DNA of 62,765 bases from positions 1-62,765 of the forward strand of contig CAWHCQ010000038.1 of assembly GCA_963827755.1 (NCBI GenBank). The letters are read 5' to 3'. Below are positions 12,663 through 23,361 of the stretch, piece by piece. The notes beneath the pieces are model-generated. The model was not told the origin of the DNA, made no database searches, and worked only from the letters and a program-made list of their open reading frames with translations. Each line of letters opens with the position of its first letter. Positions within the stretch are counted from its first letter, which is position 1. The stretch comes from an uncultured Gammaproteobacteria bacterium (lineage in GTDB: Bacteria; Pseudomonadota; Gammaproteobacteria; UBA9214). Both the position numbers and the translations under genes were made by a program.

Positions 12663-14167
12663 TCCGCATCCCCGGCAGTATTCATGACAGGACGTATCGC
12701 CGCGATCACATCACCCGCCGTCATGCCACGCTCACCCTGCCGGGCGGCGCGATCACCGGCACAGGCATGCACACACACCCCGGCCACGGCCGCATCCGCC
12801 AGCGGCAGGCCCTGGGCGATCAAGCCGGCAATCACGCCACTTAATACGTCACCCATGCCCGCCGTTGCCATACCGGGGTTACCCTTCGCGCAGACCGACA
12901 GCTCACTGTCTGCGCCGTTGATGAGCGTGCCGGCGCCTTTCAATACGACAACGGCGTGGTATTGCCGGCCAAGGGCCGTAATGGCAGCAAAGCGGTCCGA
13001 CTGCACCACTCCGGCCGAAAACCCCAGCAAGCGCCCCGCTTCACCCGGGTGCGGTGTCAGTATGCTGTTTTCACAGGGCGCGGGGTCCTTCGCCAGGTAG
13101 TTCAGTGCATCGGCATCCAGCACCCGCGGCAGCCGCGACTCCAGCACGACCGGCATGAGGGCATGTGCCCATGCCGATTGCCCCAGTCCCGGACCGGCGA
13201 CAATCACCGTCGCCCGTTGCAGCAATTCCCGAAGCTGCAGCGGACCGGTGACCGCGTGGGCCATCAACTCGGGGCAGGCGGCAGCCAATACCGCCGCATG
13301 CTCCGCACAGGTCGCCAGGCTGACACGGCCGGCACCGGTTCGCAGCGCCGCCTCGGCACTGAGCCGGACCGCACCGGCCATCCCCGGACCGCCGCCGAGC
13401 ACCAGCACATGGCCGAAGTCGCCCTTGTGCGCAGCGCGTGAGCGCGGCCCCGCGAGCAGCCCGAGCGGCGGCCGGGTGAAAAGCCTGCAATCGGGGTTAA
13501 CGCTGGCGTAAACGGCGGCAGGCACGTCGAGATCCGCGAAACTGACGCTGCCGGTATACTGCGGCCCCTGCCCGGTATAAAGCCCGCGCTTGCGGCCGAT
13601 AAACGTCATGGTTTTCGCCGCCCGCACCGCAACGCCCATGACCGTGCCGCTGTCGGCATTCAGGCCACTCGGAATATCGATCGCCAGCACCGGGACTGCC
13701 GCGGCATTGATCGCCAGCACGACATCGCGCCAGCCGCCCTCGAGCGCGTGGTGCAGCCCGGTGCCGAGCATGGCATCGACAATGACATCGGCGTCTGCAA
13801 GGGCATCCGCCGAAAACGGCACGATCGCGCCCCCGGCCTCGAGATAGTCGCTGCGCGCCGTCAGGGCATCCCCGCTGATTCGCCCGGGGTCACCGACCTG
13901 CATCACTCGCACCTGCAGACCGGCCGCCAGCGCCAGCCGCGCCATGACAAAACCATCACCACCGTTATTCCCGGTCCCGCACACAACAACGAGGTTGCGC
14001 GCATCCGGCCAGCGTGCCTCGAGGCAGTCCCGGCAGGCCCCGGCCGCACGCGTCATCAGGGTATAGCCCGGAATGCCGGCCTCCTCGATGGCGAGGCGGT
14101 CGAGTTCACGCACCTGTTCGGCGGTGTACAGGGGAAGCCCCTGCAGGCGAGGATCATTGATATGCAT
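12659..14167 (-). CDS. nnr: Bifunctional NAD(P)HX epimerase/dehydratase
   Basis: GTGNNGGDG, DIPSG, HKGDFG, TPHPGEA, GMGDVLSG. Confidence 0.96.
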   Translation of the reverse strand: MHINDPRLQGLPLYTAEQVRELDRLAIEEAGIPGYTLMTRAAGACRDCLEARWPDARNLVVVCGTGNNGGDGFVMARLALAAGLQVRVMQVGDPGRISGDALTARSDYLEAGGAIVPFSADALADADVIVDAMLGTGLHHALEGGWRDVVLAINAAAVPVLAIDIPSGLNADSGTVMGVAVRAAKTMTFIGRKRGLYTGQGPQYTGSVSFADLDVPAAVYASVNPDCRLFTRPPLGLLAGPRSRAAHKGDFGHVLVLGGGPGMAGAVRLSAEAALRTGAGRVSLATCAEHAAVLAAACPELMAHAVTGPLQLRELLQRATVIVAGPGLGQSAWAHALMPVVLESRLPRVLDADALNYLAKDPAPCENSILTPHPGEAGRLLGFSAGVVQSDRFAAITALGRQYHAVVVLKGAGTLINGADSELSVCAKGNPGMATAGMGDVLSGVIAGLIAQGLPLADAAVAGVCVHACAGDRAARQGERGMTAGDVIAAIRPVMNTAGDAE

Positions 14168-14258
14168 AGGCGCCTTCAAATGCGTGTATTCTGTTGACAC
14201 TGCCTGTCGGCAAGCAGGCTCAACATACCGTGAAGCACACGCACAAATCCAGTACCGC

Positions 14259-15341
14259 ATGAGCGAAGAACCCGGACAAACCGAGCCGACGCCGGATTAC
14301 ACCGCGCTGGCGCAATCGATCAAGCGCTGGGGCATGGAACTTGGTTTCCAGCAACTGGGCATTGCCGACACGGATCTTGCCGCCGACGAGGCACATTTAC
14401 TGCAATGGCTGAAGGCAGGCAGGCATGGCGACATGCACTACATGCAGCGTCATGGCACCCGCCGCAGCCGCCCTGGCGAGCTGCTGCCCGGCACCATCCG
14501 GGTAATCAGCGCACGCATGAATTACTGGCCGGCGGATGCACGGCAAACCGATGCCGTCCTCGATGACCCGGCACTGGCCTACCTGTCCCGTTATGCGCTC
14601 GGTCGTGACTATCACAAGGTACTGCGCAAGCGGCTGCAAAAGCTGGCAGACAGGATCGAGGCGCACACCGGCCCCTTTGCCTACCGCGTTTTTTCAGACA
14701 GTGCACCGGTACTTGAAAAGGCGCTGGCACAGAATGCCGGGGTCGGCTGGATTGGCAAACATACGAACCTGATCAATGAACAGGGCGGCTCCTGGTTCTT
14801 CCTCGGCGAGTTGTACACCAGCCTGCCGCTGCCAACCGATGCCAGGGCCGTGAACCATTGCGGCCGCTGCCAGGCCTGCATCGATGCCTGCCCGACCGGG
14901 GCCATTGTTGCGCCCTACGAGCTGGATGCACGCCTGTGCATTTCCTATCTCACCATCGAACTGCGCGGCTCCATACCCGAGCAGCTGCGCCCGTTGATCG
15001 GCAACCGCGTCTATGGCTGCGATGATTGCCAGCTGGTTTGCCCCTGGAACCGCTTCTCGAGCCCCAGCGGCGAAACCGATTTTCAGCCCCGCCACGGCCT
15101 CGACGCCAGCAGCCTGGTACGCCTGTTCCGCTGGGAGCAGGCAGACTTCGACCGCTATACACAAGGCAGCGCCATCCACCGCATCGGCCACGAATGCTGG
15201 CTTCGCAATATTGCAGTCGGACTGGGAAATGCCGCCAGCAGCGACGCAGTGGTCGCCGCCCTGCAGGCCCGGCGCGGGCATCCCTCGGCACTGGTGCGCG
15301 AACATGTGGAATGGGCGTTGCAACAACATGGTCGTGAATAA
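14259..15341 (+). CDS. queG: Epoxyqueuosine reductase
   Basis: YALGRDYH, DSAPVLEK, CGRCQACIDACPT, GCDDCQLVCPWN; divergent from nnr. Confidence 0.97.
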   Translation: MSEEPGQTEPTPDYTALAQSIKRWGMELGFQQLGIADTDLAADEAHLLQWLKAGRHGDMHYMQRHGTRRSRPGELLPGTIRVISARMNYWPADARQTDAVLDDPALAYLSRYALGRDYHKVLRKRLQKLADRIEAHTGPFAYRVFSDSAPVLEKALAQNAGVGWIGKHTNLINEQGGSWFFLGELYTSLPLPTDARAVNHCGRCQACIDACPTGAIVAPYELDARLCISYLTIELRGSIPEQLRPLIGNRVYGCDDCQLVCPWNRFSSPSGETDFQPRHGLDASSLVRLFRWEQADFDRYTQGSAIHRIGHECWLRNIAVGLGNAASSDAVVAALQARRGHPSALVREHVEWALQQHGRE

Positions 15342-15349
15342 GCCCACCA

Positions 15350-15527
15350 TACAGGTACGCCTTCGTAGGACGGGTAACGCGCAGCGTACCCGTCGCGGGC
15401 TCGCGATAGTTCTCTTCTAAAACAGACCAACTGTTTGACGGGTACGTCGCTAGCGCTCCTTTACCCATGCCTACAGGTACGACCGCTCGTCGTAGGACGG
15501 GTATTCGCGAGCTAGCGCTCGCTCTAC
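15350..15527. repeat. BIME-like REP cluster between convergent queG and rsmI
   Basis: GTAGGACGGGTAACGCGCAGCGTACCCGTC (15365), inverted partner ending TACCCATGCCTAC (15474), second GTAGGACGGGTA (15492) fused to TTCGCGAGCTAGCGCTCGCTCTAC. Confidence 0.8.
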
Positions 15528-16392
15528 GGGCCGCCGTCTGTTTCTCTTTGATAGCCAGGCCGGCCTCGTAGAGTCGGTTTTTTGACAGGCCGGTGATTTT
15601 CGCGGCCAGTGCGGCTGCCTGCTTCAGCGGCAACTCGTCCATGAGGATACTCAATACCCGTTCAGAATCCGCGTCGATCGCCGCATCGCGCGCCGGCGCA
15701 CCCTGCAGCATGACAACAAATTCCCCTTTTTGCTGATTACTGTCGGCCTGCACCCAGTCGGCAAGCTCGCCAAGGGTGCCGTCGCGGATGGTCTCAAAGG
15801 TCTTGGTCAGCTCGCGTGCAACCGTGGCCTGGCGGTCTGGCCCCATGGCCTCAGCCATGGCCTGCAGACATTCACAAATACGGTGACTGGACTCGTAAAA
15901 CACCAGTGTGCGCATCTCGGCTGCCAGTTCACGCAGGCGCCGGGCACGCGCCACCGGGCGGGACGGCAGAAACCCCTCGAACACAAAACGGTCGGTCGGC
16001 AGTCCCGCAACCGACAGGGCCGCAATACAGGCACTCGGACCCGGCAGGGGTATCACTCGAATACCGGCCTGGCGTGCGGCGCGCACCAGGTAAAAACCCG
16101 GGTCACTGATCAGCGGCGTCCCGGCGTCGGAAACCAGCGCCACGTCATCGCCACCAAGCAGCGTCTTCAATAATTTGTCGGTAGCATCCTGCTCATTATG
16201 ATCATGCAGGGCAATCAGGCGGGCCACGATGCCGTAATGCGCCAGCAGTTTTCGGCTATGACGGGTGTCTTCTGCAGCAATCAGCGGGACGGTCTTCAAT
16301 ACCTGCAGCGCCCGCAGCGAGATATCCTCCAGGTTGCCGATCGGTGTTGCCACGATATACAGCACACCGGGTTTCTTGCTGCCTGTGCCCAT
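15512..16392 (-). CDS. rsmI: 16S rRNA C1402 2'-O-methyltransferase (3' end approximate; raw ORF reads through the REP)
   Basis: LYIVATPIGNLEDIS, AEDTR, VSDAGTPLISDPG, ARELTKTFE; divergent from lpoA. Confidence 0.95.
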
Positions 16393-16522
16393 GGGCGTGA
16401 ATCCTAGCAAAAATCGTCAAAGCGGGTGCTGCATCCCTTAAATGGTGGACGCAGTAATGGCTTTTCAGTAGAGTCACTGGCAGCTGATTTCCATTGACGA
16501 TCCAACACAGTAGCGGCGACCC

Positions 16523-18433
16523 ATGCCTGTATCCACATGCCTGACTGCATGCAGAAATGCAGTAATCCTGATTCTGCTTGTTAGCCTGTTGCAAGCCTGC
16601 AGCTCCACCGCCCCGCGGCAACCTGCCGCTACCAGGAGCCCGCTCTACCAGCAGGCAGAAATGCACGAAGCCCGGGGTGATTACCAGGCTGCGGCGCGCA
16701 TTTATCTGCAGCTTGCAACACAGGCCGGCGGCAACGAGAAGCACGCCCTGCAGCTGACGGCGGCCGGCAGTCTGATTCGTGCTGCTGACTACAAGGCGGC
16801 GATGGCAATCCTTGATGCCCTGCCGCTCAGCAGTCTCAACCTGTTGAACATGCAGCATTACGATGTCAACCGGGCCGAGATCGCGGTGCGCGAACAACGC
16901 CCGGACAGAGCACTGGCGATCCTGCAGGTCGTTCCCCTCAGCGGACCCTATGTGGCAGACATACACCGGCTGCGAGCAGAGGCCTACCTGCAGAAGAACC
17001 AGTTTTTCCCGAGCGCGCGTGAAAGGATACTGCTTGACCCGTTGATAACCGACCCCGAGAAAAGGCTGAACAATGAATACCTGATCTGGGGATCCCTGAA
17101 CAAGCTCACAGACGCCGAACTGCAAGACTATCGCAGCGCACCTCCCCCCGACCCGGTCAGTGGCTGGATCGAACTGCTGGAACTGACGCGCCTCTACCTG
17201 CAACAACCGGATGTCATGAAAGAGGTCACACCCCGGTGGCAGCAGCGTTATCCCCTCCATCCGGCCAACCTGGGTTTTATTGATGCCATACTGGGGACCA
17301 TGCAGCTGGCGGGCCAACCTCCCGGGCAGCTGGCGCTCTTATTGCCGCTGACCGGCAACTTCGCGGATGCGGCTCACGCAATACGTGATGGTTTGTTCGC
17401 GGCCTACTATGATTCCCCCGATTCGGCCGTACATCCCCGTTTGCGCGTCTACGATACCGGGGAGACCCAGGAAAGTGCCCTGGCCGCCTATCAACAGGCC
17501 GTTACCGAGGGTGCGCAATTCGTGATAGGCCCGTTACGCAAAGAGGACGTGCTGGCCGTTGCCCGGCAGGAAAATCTCCCGGTACCGGTACTCGCGCTCA
17601 ACCATGTACAGGGGTTGGCACCAGCAGGTAATGCCTTCTACCAGTTCGGCCTGGCACCCGAGGACGAGGCACGGGAAGTTGCCCGCACGGCCTGGCAATA
17701 TGGCCACCGGCGCAGCCTTGCCATGATTCCGGACAATAGCTGGGGTGAGCGTGTCTATGCGGCATTTGCCGCTGCATGGCAGGCTCTTGGTGGCGAGATC
17801 CTCGAGGTGCAACGCTATGACGCAACACAAACCGACCACGGCGAGGCAATAAGTGCCTTACTTAACCTGAATGCCAGCAAGGCAAGACATCTGCAGGTTT
17901 CCCGCTTGCTCGGGACAAAACTGGAATTTGAACCGCGCCGCCGCCGGGACGTCGATTTTGTATTCCTGCTTGCCTCCCCCCTCCAGGCACGACTGATTCG
18001 CCCACAATTGAGTTTTTATCGCGCCTCCTCGGTTCCCGTCTATGCAACCTCACAGGTGTATACCGGCGAGCCCGACAGGGACAAGGATATCGATCTGAAC
18101 GACATCATATTCTGTGACATGCCGTGGGTGCTGGAGCAAAACAGCGACTGGTTGCACCTGCAGCAGGCCATCAGCGAATACTGGCCTGAAAATTCAAGCC
18201 GCTATAAACGACTCTACGCTCTGGGTATCGATGCCTACCGGATAATTCCCTATATCACCCAGCTGGGCGGCGGTATGTTCGGCACCTATCACGGTGTCAG
18301 CGGCAACCTTTCCCTTGACGAGCAGGGACAGATTAACCGCACCCTGCGCTGTGCGATATTCCGCAATGGGCTGCCGGACCTGCTGCAACCCGTTGCCGGG
18401 CAGGAATACACGACGAACATCGATACACCCTGA
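16523..18433 (+). CDS. lpoA: Penicillin-binding protein activator LpoA (LppC family lipoprotein)
   Basis: Lipobox LQAC, ALLLPLTG, IGPLRK, FGLAPEDEA, RLYALGIDAY; rsmI-lpoA-yraN synteny. Confidence 0.92.
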   Translation: MPVSTCLTACRNAVILILLVSLLQACSSTAPRQPAATRSPLYQQAEMHEARGDYQAAARIYLQLATQAGGNEKHALQLTAAGSLIRAADYKAAMAILDALPLSSLNLLNMQHYDVNRAEIAVREQRPDRALAILQVVPLSGPYVADIHRLRAEAYLQKNQFFPSARERILLDPLITDPEKRLNNEYLIWGSLNKLTDAELQDYRSAPPPDPVSGWIELLELTRLYLQQPDVMKEVTPRWQQRYPLHPANLGFIDAILGTMQLAGQPPGQLALLLPLTGNFADAAHAIRDGLFAAYYDSPDSAVHPRLRVYDTGETQESALAAYQQAVTEGAQFVIGPLRKEDVLAVARQENLPVPVLALNHVQGLAPAGNAFYQFGLAPEDEAREVARTAWQYGHRRSLAMIPDNSWGERVYAAFAAAWQALGGEILEVQRYDATQTDHGEAISALLNLNASKARHLQVSRLLGTKLEFEPRRRRDVDFVFLLASPLQARLIRPQLSFYRASSVPVYATSQVYTGEPDRDKDIDLNDIIFCDMPWVLEQNSDWLHLQQAISEYWPENSSRYKRLYALGIDAYRIIPYITQLGGGMFGTYHGVSGNLSLDEQGQINRTLRCAIFRNGLPDLLQPVAGQEYTTNIDTP

Positions 18434-18435
18434 GA

Positions 18436-18795
18436 ATGAATAAAATCGACACCGGCAAGGATGCCGAAGACCATGCCTGTCGCTACCTGCAGGCACGGGG
18501 ACTGCAACTTGTGCAGCGCAACTACCATAGCCGGCGCGGGGAAATCGACCTCGTCATGCAGGACAGGGACAGCCTGGTCTTCGTTGAGGTACGATACCGC
18601 CGCCAGTCACGCTTCGGCTCTGCCGCAGAGAGCGTCGACCGGCGTAAACAGTCAAAACTGATAGCCTGTGCCAGTCATTACCTGCAGGCGTTTCCCGGGA
18701 TTGCACGGCAACCCTGCCGGTTTGACGTGGTATCGATCGGTGCAAACCAGGACAGCATCGAGTGGATAAGAAATGCGTTTGACGCCCAGGAGTGA
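18436..18795 (+). CDS. yraN: YraN family (UPF0102) protein
   Basis: RNY...GEIDLVM...LVFVEVRYR, CRFDVV, WIRNAF. Confidence 0.93.
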   Translation: MNKIDTGKDAEDHACRYLQARGLQLVQRNYHSRRGEIDLVMQDRDSLVFVEVRYRRQSRFGSAAESVDRRKQSKLIACASHYLQAFPGIARQPCRFDVVSIGANQDSIEWIRNAFDAQE

Positions 18796-19398
<603 letters not shown>

Positions 19399-19407
19399 CT
19401 CGAATCA

Positions 19408-19995
19408 ATGAACGCACTCAAGGTATTTTTTGCTGTTTTTCTGACCACCCTGCTGCTGAACGGCTGTGCACCGCTTGTTGTGGGCGGGGCCGCAGCCACC
19501 GGCGTGAACATCGCCCATGACCGGCGCACCGTGGGCACCTACATCGACGACGAAGGCATCGAACTGAAGGCCGGTGCGGCGATTCGCCGGGAGAAGGAGC
19601 TGAGCAGCCAGATTCACATCAATATCATCAGCATCAATGGCGTGGTACTGCTGGTTGGCCAGGCACCAACCGAGGCCCTGCGACAGCAGGCCGCTGCAAT
19701 TACCCGGGGAATCGAGAAGGTGCGCCTGGTGCACAATGAAATGACGGTCGCCGCACCGAATTCGCTGATGACGCGCAGCAGCGATTCGGTCATTACAACG
19801 AAAGTGAAGGCCAGCCTGATCGGCATCAAGGGTCACGACGACCTGGATGTTACGCGCGTCAAGGTCGTTACCGAGAACGGCACCGTGTTCCTGATGGGGC
19901 TTCTCTACCATGCCGAGGCCGATGCGGTCACGGAACGTGCCAGCCAGGTGAGCGGTGTACAGAAAGTGGTCAAGTTGTTCGAGTACCTGGATTGA
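19408..19995 (+). CDS. dolP: Dual-BON lipoprotein (DolP/YraP)
   Basis: Lipobox LNGC, DRRTVGTYIDDEGIE, VKVVTENGTVFLMG. Confidence 0.9.
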   Translation: MNALKVFFAVFLTTLLLNGCAPLVVGGAAATGVNIAHDRRTVGTYIDDEGIELKAGAAIRREKELSSQIHINIISINGVVLLVGQAPTEALRQQAAAITRGIEKVRLVHNEMTVAAPNSLMTRSSDSVITTKVKASLIGIKGHDDLDVTRVKVVTENGTVFLMGLLYHAEADAVTERASQVSGVQKVVKLFEYLD

Positions 19996-20072
19996 CATCC
20001 CCTCCCGGCGACACGGTGTATGCAAGCGGTCAGTGCAACACCCCGCAAGCAGGCGCGACCCGGCAGACCGTT

Positions 20073-21080
20073 CTAGCGAGCGCTGTTCAGGCCAACGAAA
20101 CTGCCACCGTTCGTTTCCGCCAGCCGGCGCATCAGCGCGGCGTAGCGCACGGCATTCACCGGGAGATTCTGCCCCGTGCCAAACAGCACCGGGAAGCCGA
20201 CTGTATGGATACGCACGCGCCGCTTGCCGGACTTGTCGGCGCGATTGAGCTGCGCCACGGTGTCGACCACGGCCTGGATGGAACCGCGCGCAAAATCGTC
20301 GCCGAACACGTACAGGCTGATGCGCTTGTCCTGCGCATGGAAGCGACGGATGGCAGCCTCGATGCCTTCCACGGGACTTGAATTGGAAAAAGGCTGCCAG
20401 CCGGAGAGCCGCGTGATGATGGCCCTGCGGCGCGCCGGCGTGTCGGGTATCCACTTGCCCTGGTACTGCGAGAACATGTAGTCACCCATGTCGTTCATTA
20501 CCTGGATGCCCTTGACCCGCGGGTAAATGTCCAGCACCTCGGTGACCTTCTTCAACACCAGCGGCCAGGCATTCTGCTGCATGGAACCGGAGGTGTCGAT
20601 AATGAAAATAATGTACTCGCTGTCGACCGGCACCCCGCCGATGGTGGCCGCCAGTTTTTTGCGCTGGTAGCTGCTGCCCAGCAGGCGCCGCATTTCCTCC
20701 GTCAGTTCCTGTTTCGCAGACGCCAGCTGCTTCTCGATAATGGTCTGCGCATCATGCTCGTTGCGGGTGGTGGCGTACTGGCCACGAATCGTCGACATGT
20801 CGCCCTGGAGGCGCGCCAGTTTGTCGCGCTGCTCCGACAGCTGCTCTCGCCGGGCAGTCAGGTCACGGTTGAACACCGTGGTCTCGCCCCGGATCTCGTG
20901 CAGTTCGGCTTCCAGTTTCGCCACCAGTCCGCTGAGGTCAACCGCCAGCTGTTCGATGACATGCGGTTCTGAAATCTTGACGATCACCAGCAACAGGATG
21001 ATCGCGCCGAAACCGCAGGAAACCACATCCAGGAAGGACAGGTTGAAGATGTCGATGCTGCGGCGGCTACGCCGTCTCAT
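20073..21080 (-). CDS. Single-TM coiled-coil + vWA protein with ExbD/MotB-like N-terminus (paralog 1)
   Basis: Basic N-terminus, FNLSFLDVVSCGFGAIILLLVI TM helix, coiled coil, MIDAS-type IIDTSGSM and later FGDD. Confidence 0.85.
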   Translation of the reverse strand: MRRRSRRSIDIFNLSFLDVVSCGFGAIILLLVIVKISEPHVIEQLAVDLSGLVAKLEAELHEIRGETTVFNRDLTARREQLSEQRDKLARLQGDMSTIRGQYATTRNEHDAQTIIEKQLASAKQELTEEMRRLLGSSYQRKKLAATIGGVPVDSEYIIFIIDTSGSMQQNAWPLVLKKVTEVLDIYPRVKGIQVMNDMGDYMFSQYQGKWIPDTPARRRAIITRLSGWQPFSNSSPVEGIEAAIRRFHAQDKRISLYVFGDDFARGSIQAVVDTVAQLNRADKSGKRRVRIHTVGFPVLFGTGQNLPVNAVRYAALMRRLAETNGGSFVGLNSAR

Positions 21081-22168
21081 GGCCAGTCCCGCGCCGGTGT
21101 CATAAAGGAACCGCTCGTTTCCTGTGCGAGTTTCCAGAATGCCGCCGCTGCCCAGGCATCACCTTCCATCGGCAGCAGTACCGTATTCACCGGGATGCCG
21201 GACGGCAGCACACGCATCGCCGCCTGAAAGTGTTGCAGACGTTCGGCGCCGGACACCGTGGTTGCGCCTGGTTTGCCGCGCCCCTGCGTCGGCAGGCCAT
21301 CGGTGACCAGCAGGATATTGTCCGGCCGCGGCGACAGCTTTCCCGCAACCGCGAACGCATGGTACAGGCTGGTGCCATCGCCCGGCACGGTCTGGCGCAG
21401 GGCACCGATGGCGGCGTCCACGTCCTTGCGGCTGGAGGCCTGCAGCCAGTTGCCGTCGGTGCCGCTGACGGCGGCGCCGGCCCGCGTGTTGAAGGTATAG
21501 AGCTGAAACTTCGCCGTGGAAGGCAGGTTGCTGACCAGCCAGTCGGCGGTTTTCAATGCACGCTGCCACTTGGGTGCACTGCGTTTGACGGCCGCATTCA
21601 TATTGCGCTTGCGCACCACGTTGATAATGGTCTCGTCGAGCATACTGGCCGAGACGTCCACCAGCAGCAGCACCCGCTTGCCGCCCATCTTCAGCCCGGT
21701 GAGATACTGGCGGTCACCCTCCCCCTTGACCTCGCGAACCCTGGTACCGCTGTCTTGCTCTGCCGGCTGCGCCGCACCGAGGCGTTTATTCTCTTCATCC
21801 TGGTTCTTCAGATCAGACGCTAACTCATTGATATGTTGTCGACTTGCCAGGGTTTCGTTATCCATGCGTGCCACTTCGATCTCGAGCTTCCTGACGGTCT
21901 CGATGATGCGCTCGGCCTCGCCCTGCGTCGTGACCAGTTCACTGTCGGTGGCAGCCAGGCTGTTTTGGGCCGTCACCATATCCTCGCGGCCGACGATCAC
22001 TTCCTGCTCGAGGCGGACCACTTCGGAGCGCAGGTCCGCAAACACGGCATTGCGCGCGCGCACGGTGTCGGTATTGAGGATCAGCACCAGCAGCACCACG
22101 GCGCCGAAGCCGCAGAACATGATGTCGAGGAACGACAGTGAAAAGGGTGAAACGGGACGGCGTTTCAT
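21077..22168 (-). CDS. Single-TM coiled-coil + vWA protein with ExbD/MotB-like N-terminus (paralog 2)
   Basis: FSLSFLDIMFCGFGAVVLLVLIL TM helix, coiled coil, LVDVSASM, GTSL, LVTDGLP; 4-bp overlap with paralog 1. Confidence 0.85.
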   Translation of the reverse strand: MKRRPVSPFSLSFLDIMFCGFGAVVLLVLILNTDTVRARNAVFADLRSEVVRLEQEVIVGREDMVTAQNSLAATDSELVTTQGEAERIIETVRKLEIEVARMDNETLASRQHINELASDLKNQDEENKRLGAAQPAEQDSGTRVREVKGEGDRQYLTGLKMGGKRVLLLVDVSASMLDETIINVVRKRNMNAAVKRSAPKWQRALKTADWLVSNLPSTAKFQLYTFNTRAGAAVSGTDGNWLQASSRKDVDAAIGALRQTVPGDGTSLYHAFAVAGKLSPRPDNILLVTDGLPTQGRGKPGATTVSGAERLQHFQAAMRVLPSGIPVNTVLLPMEGDAWAAAAFWKLAQETSGSFMTPARDWP

Positions 22169-22193
22169 AATATTGTCCGGCCGCGCGCGCCGC

Positions 22194-22988
22194 TCAGCTG
22201 CGCAGGCGCCGGATCAGCCAGTGATCGACATAACGTTCGCTGTCGAGCACCAGGCGCTCCTGCATCAGCTGCAGCTGGTGCACAAAAAACATCAGGACGA
22301 TGCTGATGACCAGTGCGATGAAGGTCGAGTTGAAGGCCACACCCAGGCTGGCGGTGACCCCGGTAATGTCGCCCTCGACGGCACGGTGCGCCTGCCCGAG
22401 GGCGTCACCGATGCCACGGACGGTGCCGATAAAACCCACCGAGGGAATGGCCCAGGCAATGTAGCGGATGATGGACAGCTCGGACTCCAGGCGATCACCT
22501 TCCGAGTCGCACAGATCGCGCGCCGCCGTCGAGACGTTTTGTACATTGCGGGTCGCGGCAAAGCGCTCGATGGCGGTCAGCAGCGTGCGCGGCAGCAGGT
22601 AGTGCTGCATGGACGCCGGCAGCGACTGGATGCGCCCGGACAGGTCGCGGGTGTCTTCCGGGCCGATGGGCAACTCCGCAGGCAGGCGCAGCAGGTCCTG
22701 GTCGAGCAGCTTCTGCTGACGCCAGGTCATCCGGCCCTTGAAACCGAGAATGGAAAAGGCCCACAGCATGAGGACAAAACAGGTTTCCTGTTCGTAGTCC
22801 TTGACGACCACGAAGAATGACCGCTGTTGAACATAGCCGGGGTCGGACTGCATCTGCAGTGCCTCCTGCCCGATGAAGGCATTGGCCTGCGGCCGGATGA
22901 AGCTGACATAGAGCGCATGCACCAGGATGAATGCAATCAGCAGTGAAAATATCTGGTAAAAGAATTCAACGGGGAAGCCTCTGTTCAT
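22194..22988 (-). CDS. MotA/TolQ/ExbB proton-channel family protein
   Basis: IPSVGFIGTVRGI and LGVAFNSTFIAL channel helices; about four TM segments. Confidence 0.9.
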   Translation of the reverse strand: MNRGFPVEFFYQIFSLLIAFILVHALYVSFIRPQANAFIGQEALQMQSDPGYVQQRSFFVVVKDYEQETCFVLMLWAFSILGFKGRMTWRQQKLLDQDLLRLPAELPIGPEDTRDLSGRIQSLPASMQHYLLPRTLLTAIERFAATRNVQNVSTAARDLCDSEGDRLESELSIIRYIAWAIPSVGFIGTVRGIGDALGQAHRAVEGDITGVTASLGVAFNSTFIALVISIVLMFFVHQLQLMQERLVLDSERYVDHWLIRRLRS

Positions 22989-23023
22989 GGCGCGTCTCTT
23001 CCTGTGTCAGGTCGGGTAGTCAT

Positions 23024-23263
23024 TCAAATATCCACGGGGAACGACACGGCGCTGTCGGCGCCGATCTTCTCCGTGGGGGTAAAGGTGGCCGCGGGTTTGC
23101 GCACCGGCCGAGGGTCCTGTCTGGCCGGGGGACCGGGTTGCTCCGTGGCAGTCTCCGTGGCTGTTGCCGGCTGCTTTTCGTCCTCCGCGGCCAGGGCGTA
23201 CGGCGCCCCTGTTGCAGCCAGACAGCCAAGCACCACGACAAGTCCTGAAAAACGCACCATCAT
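23024..23263 (-). CDS. Small exported protein (~79 aa) with Pro/Thr-rich linker and distinct C-terminal tail
   Basis: Signal peptide ending ALA-A, disordered linker, C-terminus FTPTEKIGADSAVSFPVDI; in operon orientation. Confidence 0.65.
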   Translation of the reverse strand: MMVRFSGLVVVLGCLAATGAPYALAAEDEKQPATATETATEQPGPPARQDPRPVRKPAATFTPTEKIGADSAVSFPVDI

Positions 23264-23361
23264 CGATCCCCTGTCACTCGCACGCAGGTTGCGTGTATCC
23301 GTTGGGCAAAACATTTCATCCACCGCGGTTGCAAAGCTGTCATCGCGCTCGATGGCCGCAG

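Noticed and set aside
14950-15511. Long C-terminal extension of RsmI overlapping queG
   Set aside because: Read-through arises in a REP copy lacking one C (CTCTAC vs CTCCTAC); restoring it gives a stop at 15512.
20073-22988. Zorya defence system, flagellar MotAB, or ExbBD-TonB/Tol-Pal
   Set aside because: Partners carry vWA rather than OmpA or ExbD domains; no ZorC/D/E, no long ZorA tail, and no TonB, TolA/B, Pal or flagellar genes.
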